NCBI GenBank assembly: GCA_965261545.1
Contig: CBDHDF010000007.1
Span: 32,001 to 96,000 of the forward strand
Origin: Bdellovibrionales bacterium
Lineage (GTDB): Bacteria > Bdellovibrionota > Bdellovibrionia > Bdellovibrionales > UBA1609
Direction of reading: 5' to 3'
Length of the DNA: 64,000 nt
The notes beneath the pieces were generated by a model. That model had not been told where the DNA came from and did not search any database. It saw only the letters and a list, made by a program, of their open reading frames with translations. Position numbers and translations under genes: made by a program. Shown here one piece after another: positions 10,455 to 18,993 of the stretch (positions are counted from its first letter, which is position 1; each line of letters starts with the position of its first letter).

Positions 10455-12623
10455 ATGTTATTGGTGCTATTTCTTTGTAGGGAGGTTGCCATTTATTTCT
10501 TGATCTGCATCCGTGGCGTCTTGAACCACAGCTCCATGGCTATTTTCTGGACCCTTTGGATAAGCATGGCAAGCATTGTATGGATTCATGGAGCTCATGC
10601 AATCCATGATACCGATTCCTTAGAGGCTGAACCTTTGGGCAAAACAAACCTGGAAGAAGCAGACCATAGACTGGTAAGTCTTCCTTTTCCAAGAATGAAT
10701 GTTGATAAATCTGGAATCCTGAATCATAAATTTGTAGCCTCCCAGCATGGCCTTGAGGTCATACAAAATCTCACAAGAATCTTGGATAGAGACCAAGGCC
10801 CTAAAGAATATGGTAAAGCCTTGTTGTTTCTGGCTGAGGGATACCTCCGTTTGGAAAGACCCAATGAAGCCATGGCTGTTTATAAAGGTTTGGCTTCTTG
10901 CATATCTTACAAGAAATCTATGTCCATCACTCCGTACGATTTAAGTCATCAGTACGACTCTTTGCCATGGAGGCTTGATCTGTTTGCTTACAAAATTTAT
11001 GATAAATGTCAGAAAAGCGGTGGAATCAAAGACTCAAGGATCTTCCAAGAAATGAACCACAGTTGGGGTGATGTTTATTTTCAAAGAAAGCAATTCAGAA
11101 AATCTGTTGATGCTTATCAAAAAGCCCTTCATGAATATCCTGAATTCAAATTCCCTCATGTTTACTACAACTTGGCTGAATCATTGTTTTGGCTAGGCCA
11201 ATGGAATCAAAGCTTAAAGAGTTACCACAGATTTATAAAAACATTCCCATCCCACCCCTATGAGTCCTATGCTTTAGCAAGAATAGGAGAGTTGCTAGAT
11301 ATTTTAGGTGCTAATAAGGAAAAAATCATGGGTACTTTTTCCGAAAATCACTTTCGGTTTCAAGGTCACCCAGGGGCTCAATTGAGTCGAGTGAGATGGC
11401 TTAGTGAAAAAATGAAAGAAATGAAATCACAAAATATTCATAAAGCCCTTGTTGAAATGAGAGAGGTGGCTAAGAAATCATCTCTAATACATATGCGAGA
11501 GTTTGTAGTTTTGAAAGCTGCTGAGAGCTTTCAGCATCGCAATGAACATGACAGATCCTTAAGTTATTTAATCACATTATTGAAGCGGAGTGGTGATAGT
11601 GATAGCATAAATTTTAGAGAGTTTGCAAGAAAGAGAATTGTCGAAAACATTCGTTTTCAGATGAGAGAATTTTTAATTAAGAGTAACTATATGGGTGTTT
11701 TGGAGAAATATAAAGAATATGAAGATGTATGGGATCGATATTTAAATTTAAAGACCAGTCCACAAACCTTAGATATTCATTATTTTTTAGCTTATTCATT
11801 TGAAATGTCTGGCTTTGATGAAGAATCTCTGCGCAGATATAAGGCAATATTATCTCGACTTAATTATTTAAATGAATCAGGTTATTTAAGAAATGTAGAA
11901 AGTATATCTTATTTAAGAGAGAGTCTTCGTTTGAGAGTAGCTGTTTCTTATGTAAAGACAAAACGGCAGGATGAGGCTTTCCTCCTTTTTAAGAAAATAG
12001 GAATAGTTCCAAACAAGAGATATAGGGTGAAAAATAAAATAGAAAGAGCTTTGTGGTTGGCAAAAATATACGAAAAAAGAAAACAATATTTACGGGCTCA
12101 AAATATCTTAGAAGAAGAGATGAAAGGATTACTAAATTTTATTCAACCTTCCCAAGGAGCTTTGTTTATTTCTGCCATGATTTCTTTATCTAAATTGTAT
12201 TTGAATATTGAAAATGAGAATAAAGCCAAAGCTATTTTAAGACAAGCTGAGATATGGATTCAGAAAAATCAGGATTTTAAAATTGGCGATTCTTTGAAAA
12301 AACGATTTTTTCTTACAAAGGCTGAGGTGCTAAAGGGAAGGGGAGAATATAAAGAAGCTCTAGATATCTACATGAAATTTCTTAAAGATCCAATTTCTGC
12401 TCCTTGGGCACGCTTTGTTTATTATAAAGTGGGAGATATTCTCTTAAATCAGGATCAGATACAAGATGTTCAGAAAATAGCTTCGACTTTTTCTGAGGAA
12501 GAAAGCCACTTTTATCATCGTTGGATAGAGGAACGCTTGGATTATAAGAGATGGATAAAAAAACATAAATCATCTATGAAAATGATACAAATGGTTGCTC
12601 GTTTGCATGAAGATTCAATGTGA
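10455..12623 (+). CDS. Tetratricopeptide-repeat protein (start possibly 10536)
   Basis: Repeated TPR helices (YYNLAESLFWLG, YALARIGELLDILG, YYKVGDILL); first gene of the flagellar remnant operon. Confidence 0.8.
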   Translation: MLLVLFLCREVAIYFLICIRGVLNHSSMAIFWTLWISMASIVWIHGAHAIHDTDSLEAEPLGKTNLEEADHRLVSLPFPRMNVDKSGILNHKFVASQHGLEVIQNLTRILDRDQGPKEYGKALLFLAEGYLRLERPNEAMAVYKGLASCISYKKSMSITPYDLSHQYDSLPWRLDLFAYKIYDKCQKSGGIKDSRIFQEMNHSWGDVYFQRKQFRKSVDAYQKALHEYPEFKFPHVYYNLAESLFWLGQWNQSLKSYHRFIKTFPSHPYESYALARIGELLDILGANKEKIMGTFSENHFRFQGHPGAQLSRVRWLSEKMKEMKSQNIHKALVEMREVAKKSSLIHMREFVVLKAAESFQHRNEHDRSLSYLITLLKRSGDSDSINFREFARKRIVENIRFQMREFLIKSNYMGVLEKYKEYEDVWDRYLNLKTSPQTLDIHYFLAYSFEMSGFDEESLRRYKAILSRLNYLNESGYLRNVESISYLRESLRLRVAVSYVKTKRQDEAFLLFKKIGIVPNKRYRVKNKIERALWLAKIYEKRKQYLRAQNILEEEMKGLLNFIQPSQGALFISAMISLSKLYLNIENENKAKAILRQAEIWIQKNQDFKIGDSLKKRFFLTKAEVLKGRGEYKEALDIYMKFLKDPISAPWARFVYYKVGDILLNQDQIQDVQKIASTFSEEESHFYHRWIEERLDYKRWIKKHKSSMKMIQMVARLHEDSM

Positions 12624-12727
12624 ATTATAGATTATGGATAGTGAATTATGAATAGTGAAATGTAAATGATGAGGCATGAAGTATGAAACTATGAACCAAT
12701 GGTAGTGTTTTTAAAGGAGAGATTATA

Positions 12728-13921
12728 TTGATTTATATAATAAGAAGGATTTTTCAAAATCAATTTCCTTGGATTTCAATTCCTTGGATTTCAAAAAGTT
12801 ATCCATGGATAGGACTTTGTTTACTTATATTTTTAGGATTTTCTTATTTCAATCAAAATGATCAGGATGATAAGTCTCATTTGAACCATGCGAACCATGT
12901 GAATGGTGCAAATCATGGAAGAAGTAAGTCGAGTGATGGTAGCCAGAAGCTATTAAATTCTTTGAATGAAGCCACGATTTCTAAGTCTAAGGGGTTAGAG
13001 GATTCTTCTCAGAATTTTCTTTTCAAGGCTTCAAACTCTCAGAATGGGTTTTCTTCTCTAGATACTTATCGACAATCTTTGGCTTCCGAAGCGCTTCTTA
13101 AGGTGAAAAAGAAGTGGGAAGAAGAATTTGAAGAAGGATTAGAATCACTCATCTCAAAAGTTGTTGGACCCGATCAAGTTGTTGTGAGAGCTAATATCAC
13201 CTTCAATGCAAAATATAGAGATACCTTAGAAGAATTGGTGGATTCTGGCTTTGCTGAAACGACAACAAAGATTAGAGAAGCTGCGGGGGGGATCGAAAGA
13301 GTGAGTGTGGCTATTTTGGTTGATGGAGTGGAGAGTCCTTCTCAGAGTGGCTCTCCCCGGTGGGTTCCTCGGCCCCCCCATGAATTGGCGCAACTTGAGA
13401 GTCTCGTAAAAAATGCCATTGGTTTTACAGAGTCACGAGGAGACTCTGTAAAGATTGAAAGCTTACCATTTAATAAGGATAACGGGCCTCATAATCAGGG
13501 ATTGATAAGTTCTTGGGATCAGAGAAAATCCTCTTTATTTAAATGGTCCTTACTAGGTGCAAGCTTTCTTCTCTTTATCTTCTTTGCGATTCGCCCTCTT
13601 GTTTCTTGGATCGCCGATTCTTTCTACGATATCGAAGGACAAAAAGATACGATGAAAGGAGAATCTCCTAATTCCAAAGAATCTTCACAAGCAAGGGGCA
13701 AAGTTTCATCTCAAGCGATATCGGTGGCCACAGATTTAGGGGGACTTCAAGAGTCTTCATACGAAGGAGGCGCTCAATTCTTTTCTCTCAATAGAGAGGG
13801 TTCTTTAGATCCCAAAAAGGTAGAGAGTGAGAAGTTACGAGAGCAGATTGTAGATATTTTAGACAGGAATGAGGAAAAGGCCGTGGATGCTTTGAATATG
13901 TGGCTCATGGAGAAAGGGTAA
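12728..13921 (+). CDS. fliF: Shortened FliF-like M-ring protein (C-terminal ring domain and two TM helices)
   Basis: LESLISKVVGPDQVVVRANITFN, GGIERVSVAILVDG, LESLVKNAIGF..SRGDSVKIESLPF, TM2 with IRPL, C-terminal A.DALNMWL; directly upstream of fliG. Confidence 0.85.
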   Translation: MIYIIRRIFQNQFPWISIPWISKSYPWIGLCLLIFLGFSYFNQNDQDDKSHLNHANHVNGANHGRSKSSDGSQKLLNSLNEATISKSKGLEDSSQNFLFKASNSQNGFSSLDTYRQSLASEALLKVKKKWEEEFEEGLESLISKVVGPDQVVVRANITFNAKYRDTLEELVDSGFAETTTKIREAAGGIERVSVAILVDGVESPSQSGSPRWVPRPPHELAQLESLVKNAIGFTESRGDSVKIESLPFNKDNGPHNQGLISSWDQRKSSLFKWSLLGASFLLFIFFAIRPLVSWIADSFYDIEGQKDTMKGESPNSKESSQARGKVSSQAISVATDLGGLQESSYEGGAQFFSLNREGSLDPKKVESEKLREQIVDILDRNEEKAVDALNMWLMEKG

Positions 13922-13924
13922 CCT

Positions 13925-15055
13925 ATGACAGTATCTTTAAATGACACCATACCTTTAAACGAAAACAATAGTGGCAGTGATAATAATAGGAACATCAATG
14001 ATAGTAGGGACAGCGATAACAGTAGGAGCAGCAATAATAGTACAAATTATGTAAAAAATAATATCTCTTTTCATTCTTTGAAGGGCTTTGAAAAAGCTGC
14101 TATTTTGCTGAACTATTTAGGCCCTTCAGCCACCAAGAAGCTCTTTTGCCATCTGGGTGATATGAAAATTAAGAAGCTTCTTGGAGCCATGGTACGTTTG
14201 AAAGTGGTGCCAGTCACAGTGACACAAAAAATTTTAGAAGAATTTCATAGAATAATTAATGAATCTGATGTTTATATCTTTTCTAATAAGACGACATCTA
14301 GAGAGACCGTGGTGGAAGCTGTGGGTGAAGAAAGAGCCTGCGAAATACTTGCTCGCTTGGGTGCCCACTCAATTTCGGTAAAAAGTTTGGAGAGTTTAGA
14401 GCAAGTAGATACCTCCGTTCTCACTCATTTTCTTCTCAATGAGCATCCACAAACGATCTCTGTGATTCTTGCTCACTTAGAACCAGAAAGAAAAGGTGAG
14501 GTTCTTAAGGATTTTCCAGAGGGACTCCGAGTTGAGGTGGCTTTGCGGTTATCTCAGCTAGATCGTGTGCCTTCGGAGTTTGTTTTGGAATTGGATCGTA
14601 TTCTTAAACAAGAGTTCTCTTTAATGCCCTCCATGGAGTCTGTCACCTTGGGAGGCCCTCAAGTTGTTGCTGATATGTTAAATGCTGTGGATAAAGAAAC
14701 GGAAGATTCCATTATGATAAGGTTAGAAGAAAGAGACCCTCACTTGACCGAAGATATTCGTCGCCGAATGTTCATATTTGAGGATTTGATTCGGGTTGAT
14801 GATAAAGGTATTCAGTTTCTTTTAAGGGAGATTCCACATAATAAGTTATTATTAGCATTGGAAAAAGCCAGTGATGAAGTTAGAAAAAAGATTTTTAAAA
14901 ATCTTTCCCCCCGTGCCGCAGAAATGTTAAAAGAGGATTTAGATCATATGGGACCTTCCAGGTTATCAGATGTTGAGGAGGCGCAAATGGAGATCATTCA
15001 TATAGTACGAAAATTTGAAAAAGAAAAGAAAATGGTCGTTGTAAGAGATATTTAA
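13925..15055 (+). CDS. fliG: Flagellar motor switch protein FliG
   Basis: GFEKAAILL, EHPQTI, MFIFEDL, NLSPRAAEML.EDL..MGP.RLSDVEEAQ; N/S-rich N-terminal extension. Confidence 0.95.
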   Translation: MTVSLNDTIPLNENNSGSDNNRNINDSRDSDNSRSSNNSTNYVKNNISFHSLKGFEKAAILLNYLGPSATKKLFCHLGDMKIKKLLGAMVRLKVVPVTVTQKILEEFHRIINESDVYIFSNKTTSRETVVEAVGEERACEILARLGAHSISVKSLESLEQVDTSVLTHFLLNEHPQTISVILAHLEPERKGEVLKDFPEGLRVEVALRLSQLDRVPSEFVLELDRILKQEFSLMPSMESVTLGGPQVVADMLNAVDKETEDSIMIRLEERDPHLTEDIRRRMFIFEDLIRVDDKGIQFLLREIPHNKLLLALEKASDEVRKKIFKNLSPRAAEMLKEDLDHMGPSRLSDVEEAQMEIIHIVRKFEKEKKMVVVRDI

Positions 15056-15110
15056 TGACTAAAGAGTCATTTAAGTATTAATAAAATTAAAAGAGAAGGG
15101 GGGATGTGCC

Positions 15111-15821
15111 ATGGAGCCATCAAAGAAAAAGTATTCATTCTTGGGTTTGATAACTTGTATTATATTTTTCTCTGGGGCTCTCTTCTTACATCTATACCCC
15201 AACATGCTAAGTGGACGATTGTTTGAAAGATTTTCTTCCTCTCCCATAGAAATAAGAAATTCTAAAAGCCCGAAAAACTTTAAAGATTCTTTGGCAATGG
15301 GACAACAAGGCAAAAAAAGCCAAGGCGGCGCTGCTCACAATAACTACGGTGGTGTGGGTCAGAGTCGTCACGATGATGCAGATCAAAGTCGCAAGGGAAA
15401 TGACAGCCATCGCATCAAAAGAGACCGCCAGCGGCGAACTCACCGTCTCCACTGGCTAGAATCTCGCCAGAGGGAGCTAAAAAAGTGGGAAATGGAATTG
15501 ACTCAATGGGAAGCTCAATTGAGCGATCAAAGAAAGGAGCTTCAACAAAAAATGGATGAACTTAAGAGTTTGAGAAGCCAAGTGACAATTATGTTGAAAA
15601 AAAGAGTGAAAATAAGTGAGAAACAGATTGAAAAACTTGTGGATTTTTATTCGCAAATGGAGCCACATCATGCCGCCAAAATCATTCACAATATGAATGA
15701 GGATTTGGCTGTTGTCGTTTTAAGCCATATGAAAAAAATCAGTGTGGCCCAAATTATGAATCGCCTCCAACCAAAAAAGGTACAAAGATTATCAGAAAAA
15801 TTTGTAGGGTCCCCCATGTAA
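15111..15821 (+). CDS. MotE/FlaA-locus 22.9 kDa-like protein (MgtE N-domain)
   Basis: TM helix and coiled coil, then KLVDFYSQMEPHHAAKII..MNEDLAV.VL..MK...VAQIMNRL.P. Confidence 0.8.
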   Translation: MEPSKKKYSFLGLITCIIFFSGALFLHLYPNMLSGRLFERFSSSPIEIRNSKSPKNFKDSLAMGQQGKKSQGGAAHNNYGGVGQSRHDDADQSRKGNDSHRIKRDRQRRTHRLHWLESRQRELKKWEMELTQWEAQLSDQRKELQQKMDELKSLRSQVTIMLKKRVKISEKQIEKLVDFYSQMEPHHAAKIIHNMNEDLAVVVLSHMKKISVAQIMNRLQPKKVQRLSEKFVGSPM

Positions 15822-15924
15822 CGAGTGATTTCTTATTGGGGTATCCCGTAACTGCTCAGACTTGGTCCCAGGGCGGTTTGCCTTTTTTTGGGTTCTCGTT
15901 GTGTCGGGAGAAAGAGTCTTGGGG

Positions 15925-17883
15925 TTACTTAGCTCCTGTAACAGGCATAAGATTCCTATCACACAGACCATCAAATTCTGGCAGCCTCTTGTCAGCTCTC
16001 AAATTTTCTGACAAGCACTTCAGCCCAATGGCTTCGCCATCACTTGTGGCAGTTTCATCCCAGCCCTTGGGTATATCTAAACCTCTTTGGTCGGTTAAAA
16101 AATCTCTCACCTTATTTTTCATGCTTTGATTAAACCATTGGGTAGGAACCCTCTTCCCACGGCTTGACATTGCTATGTCTTCACCATTTGCCTTTTGTTT
16201 TTTGTAACAGATAGGAAGTTGGCCTTGAGGCAGGCATGTGTAGCTATTATTTAAGTGAATGAAATATTTTTCATAAATATGTGGGTGACCATAAAAGTAA
16301 TCATTGGCCGGCACATAGCTTACAGTATTGTCTGCGTTTATATTTTTAATGGAAAAACTCCAGGATCCATCACTGTATTGACGCTCTCTGAGAATCCGCG
16401 CTCTTATGAGAAGGCCAAAATCTCCAGGGACTTCGTATTTGGGATCTTGGGTGTTCATAGAAATGTAACTAGAGGAAATATATTGAGTGTAAGGATATTT
16501 ATCAACCCAGCAGGCCCCTAAACTTAGGGGGTGATAATAGTGCTGGTATTGAGTAAGTCGCTGAACCTGTTCATCCTGATCCATGGCGGTTATTTCTTTT
16601 TCTCCCACACGGGTGACTCGGAAGAGTTTGTTCAGGTAGGTGCCTTGATCTTTGTCCTCTTCTCTTTCATAAAGGCCAAAGATCATTGGAATTCTTTGAA
16701 TCAATCGCTGAAAGATTTTCTTGCGCTTTTCATGGTTGGAGACTCTTTTCTTAGTCACTTTTTTTTTGCCCTCTCGTGTGAGTGTTTTTAAATTTGCCCT
16801 CTCTTCAAAAACAGTAAGTTCTTTTTTAGAGTGACTATGAGAGTGTCTACTATAGTGGCTAAGAGATTTTATGCGAAGCTTTTTATTTTTATTATTGTAA
16901 AGAAAGCAGCTTGTTATATGAGTTTTATTCATGTGACGTGGTCGCCAAATATGGTATTGGCTCGGGGCTGTGGCTACACCCACATAGTCTCCCTGAAAGC
17001 GACAATGAAAATAAGGCTTATTGCAATTCCATGCTCTGTTGCGAATGGAGAGGGTTATAATATCCCATTCGCAGGTACTTTGGTGGGGATGTCTGAAGGA
17101 GAGTGATCCAAAGGGATGAGACTCATACAAGACAGTACGCGCCACCATATCGACTCCCATGGCAAGCTTTGCTGTGGGGCGATTGATAGGGGCGACATTA
17201 TCTATGAATTTTTCCCACTGTTTGATTAGATTTTCTCTTTGATCGGATGGCCCAGAGTCTTTTTCTAAGCAAAGGCTATTATGAAAAACTTCGATAGTTT
17301 TTGGAATATCCATCTTTGCAAGTTTAGGTAAGGCCCAAGAGGGAATTCTGTTGGTTGGAGTCTCTTGGAATGAGCGGTCTTTGAAAATAGATATGGGTGG
17401 ATTGGCTGTTAAGTGAGTTGCGTGGACAAGGCCCTGTATGGGATTGGCATAGGTTGGTGAGATTGACAAAATAGGTGAGGTTGATGGGGTGAGTGAAGTT
17501 GGTGAGGCTGGTGAAATACTTTGCACATGAACGAATTTGGAACCATGGGGTTTTTGCCCCAAGCCCCCTTGATAAAATGCTCCTTGTTCGTTGATTAAGT
17601 GAGTCCATACCTTTGTTCCAGCTCTGAGGCTTAACCCTATGGGGGCTCCGTCGATATTGAGGAGGGGAATATTTCTAGAGCCTCGAATGTATAATAGTGT
17701 CGGTTGGTACAAATCCTCGGGGTGGCCTGAATCGCTGGGTTTTGGAATAATAACTGTTACAGCGCTTTGAACAGATTCAGAATAAAAAAATAAGTGGGCA
17801 AGGAAGAAAAGAGCCGTCATGTCGAGCCACAATTTTGTCACTTTCCATCTTGTATTCCTTGTATTTTGCTTTGTTGGTAACAA
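15925..17883 (-). CDS. Exported protein with a SleB/Hydrolase_2-like cell-wall hydrolase motif
   Basis: Signal-like N-terminus; VARTVLYES...IRNRA...GVATAPSQYHIW...HYYHP. Confidence 0.55.
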   Translation of the reverse strand: MLPTKQNTRNTRWKVTKLWLDMTALFFLAHLFFYSESVQSAVTVIIPKPSDSGHPEDLYQPTLLYIRGSRNIPLLNIDGAPIGLSLRAGTKVWTHLINEQGAFYQGGLGQKPHGSKFVHVQSISPASPTSLTPSTSPILSISPTYANPIQGLVHATHLTANPPISIFKDRSFQETPTNRIPSWALPKLAKMDIPKTIEVFHNSLCLEKDSGPSDQRENLIKQWEKFIDNVAPINRPTAKLAMGVDMVARTVLYESHPFGSLSFRHPHQSTCEWDIITLSIRNRAWNCNKPYFHCRFQGDYVGVATAPSQYHIWRPRHMNKTHITSCFLYNNKNKKLRIKSLSHYSRHSHSHSKKELTVFEERANLKTLTREGKKKVTKKRVSNHEKRKKIFQRLIQRIPMIFGLYEREEDKDQGTYLNKLFRVTRVGEKEITAMDQDEQVQRLTQYQHYYHPLSLGACWVDKYPYTQYISSSYISMNTQDPKYEVPGDFGLLIRARILRERQYSDGSWSFSIKNINADNTVSYVPANDYFYGHPHIYEKYFIHLNNSYTCLPQGQLPICYKKQKANGEDIAMSSRGKRVPTQWFNQSMKNKVRDFLTDQRGLDIPKGWDETATSDGEAIGLKCLSENLRADKRLPEFDGLCDRNLMPVTGAK

Positions 17884-17992
17884 CGTCCCCCCTTTTTACC
17901 TTGAGATCGGCGCAACTCCATAGCAAAGTACACGCCCCTATAAGCACCGCCCCATAGATATTTATAAATACATTATGAAATGTTGTGAGATA

Positions 17993-18784
17993 CTATGAAA
18001 TATATGGATAGCCTTCAAGCTTTAATAAAAACTTTTTACGATGCACTCCCCCACTGAAGCCATGTATGGCTCCACTCCGAGCAATCACCCTATGACAAGG
18101 AATAACAATGGGAATGGGGTTGCGAGAATTCGCCATACCCACGGCCCGAGCTTTTTTGGGATCCCCCAGCTTATGAGCCTGCTCCTGATAAGAGTAGGCT
18201 TGACCATAGGGTATTTGCTTAAGAGCCATCCAAGCTTTCTTCTGAAACTCTGTTCCATCGGGGGCTAATGGAAGATCAAAGTCCAAGCGCTGACTTGAGA
18301 AATATTCTCCAATTTGAGCCTTGGTGGCTTTAAGTATTTCATTCTGAGATCCATCTTGAAACTTTACAGGAGAAAAAGGACCCCCATCTCCACTTATTTG
18401 ATGATTTTGATGATTTTGGTGATTCTGACGATTTTGGTGATTTTGATGATTTTGATGATTTTGATGGCTATCGTGGTTATGATGACTTTGGTGAGAAAGG
18501 CGAATTTCTTTGGACGCATTGGACACCCTAGATCCACTGGACTTAGTGAGCTTGGAAGACTTAGTGAACCTAGAAGACTTTGAAATATCGAGCTTAGATT
18601 CAAATGAATCCTTAAAAAGTTCTTCAAGTGGATTCTTAAAAAATATGGCCTTAAGAGCATTTTGAGAAGCAAACAAGTGCAGGACTCCCAAAGGTGATGG
18701 AAGCTGTTCATAAAATACATTTGCTTTTTCACTTTGACTTAGCCAACACCAAGTCTGATTTTTTTTAGCCAAGGCCGCCATCAC
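17993..18784 (-). CDS. ogt: Methylated-DNA--protein-cysteine methyltransferase with a repeat insertion
   Basis: SPLG.L, GTEFQKKAW..L.QIPYG, ARAVGMANSRNPIPIVIPCHRVI. Confidence 0.93.
   Translation of the reverse strand: MMAALAKKNQTWCWLSQSEKANVFYEQLPSPLGVLHLFASQNALKAIFFKNPLEELFKDSFESKLDISKSSRFTKSSKLTKSSGSRVSNASKEIRLSHQSHHNHDSHQNHQNHQNHQNRQNHQNHQNHQISGDGGPFSPVKFQDGSQNEILKATKAQIGEYFSSQRLDFDLPLAPDGTEFQKKAWMALKQIPYGQAYSYQEQAHKLGDPKKARAVGMANSRNPIPIVIPCHRVIARSGAIHGFSGGVHRKKFLLKLEGYPYIS
18398..18493 (-). repeat. 9-nt tandem repeat encoding (HQN)n inside ogt
   Basis: Plus-strand units TTGATGATT/TTGGTGATT/CTGACGATT. Confidence 0.9.
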
Positions 18785-18993
18785 CCACCCATCATTAAAG
18801 TAATATCTTGAAAACTCTTCTATGATTTAGTAAACATCTTCCTATGAAGAGGGAGAGAGGCTTGGCTTTCGCCACGCTCCGCAGGGTCAGCCTTTCCCTC
18901 TCCTTCCTTCTTGCCTTGTGCCCAGCCTGACGGCTGGCACGCTGAGTCTCGCTTCGCTTGCCTGAAGGGTAAAAGTGTAAAAGGGCCAAGGGG

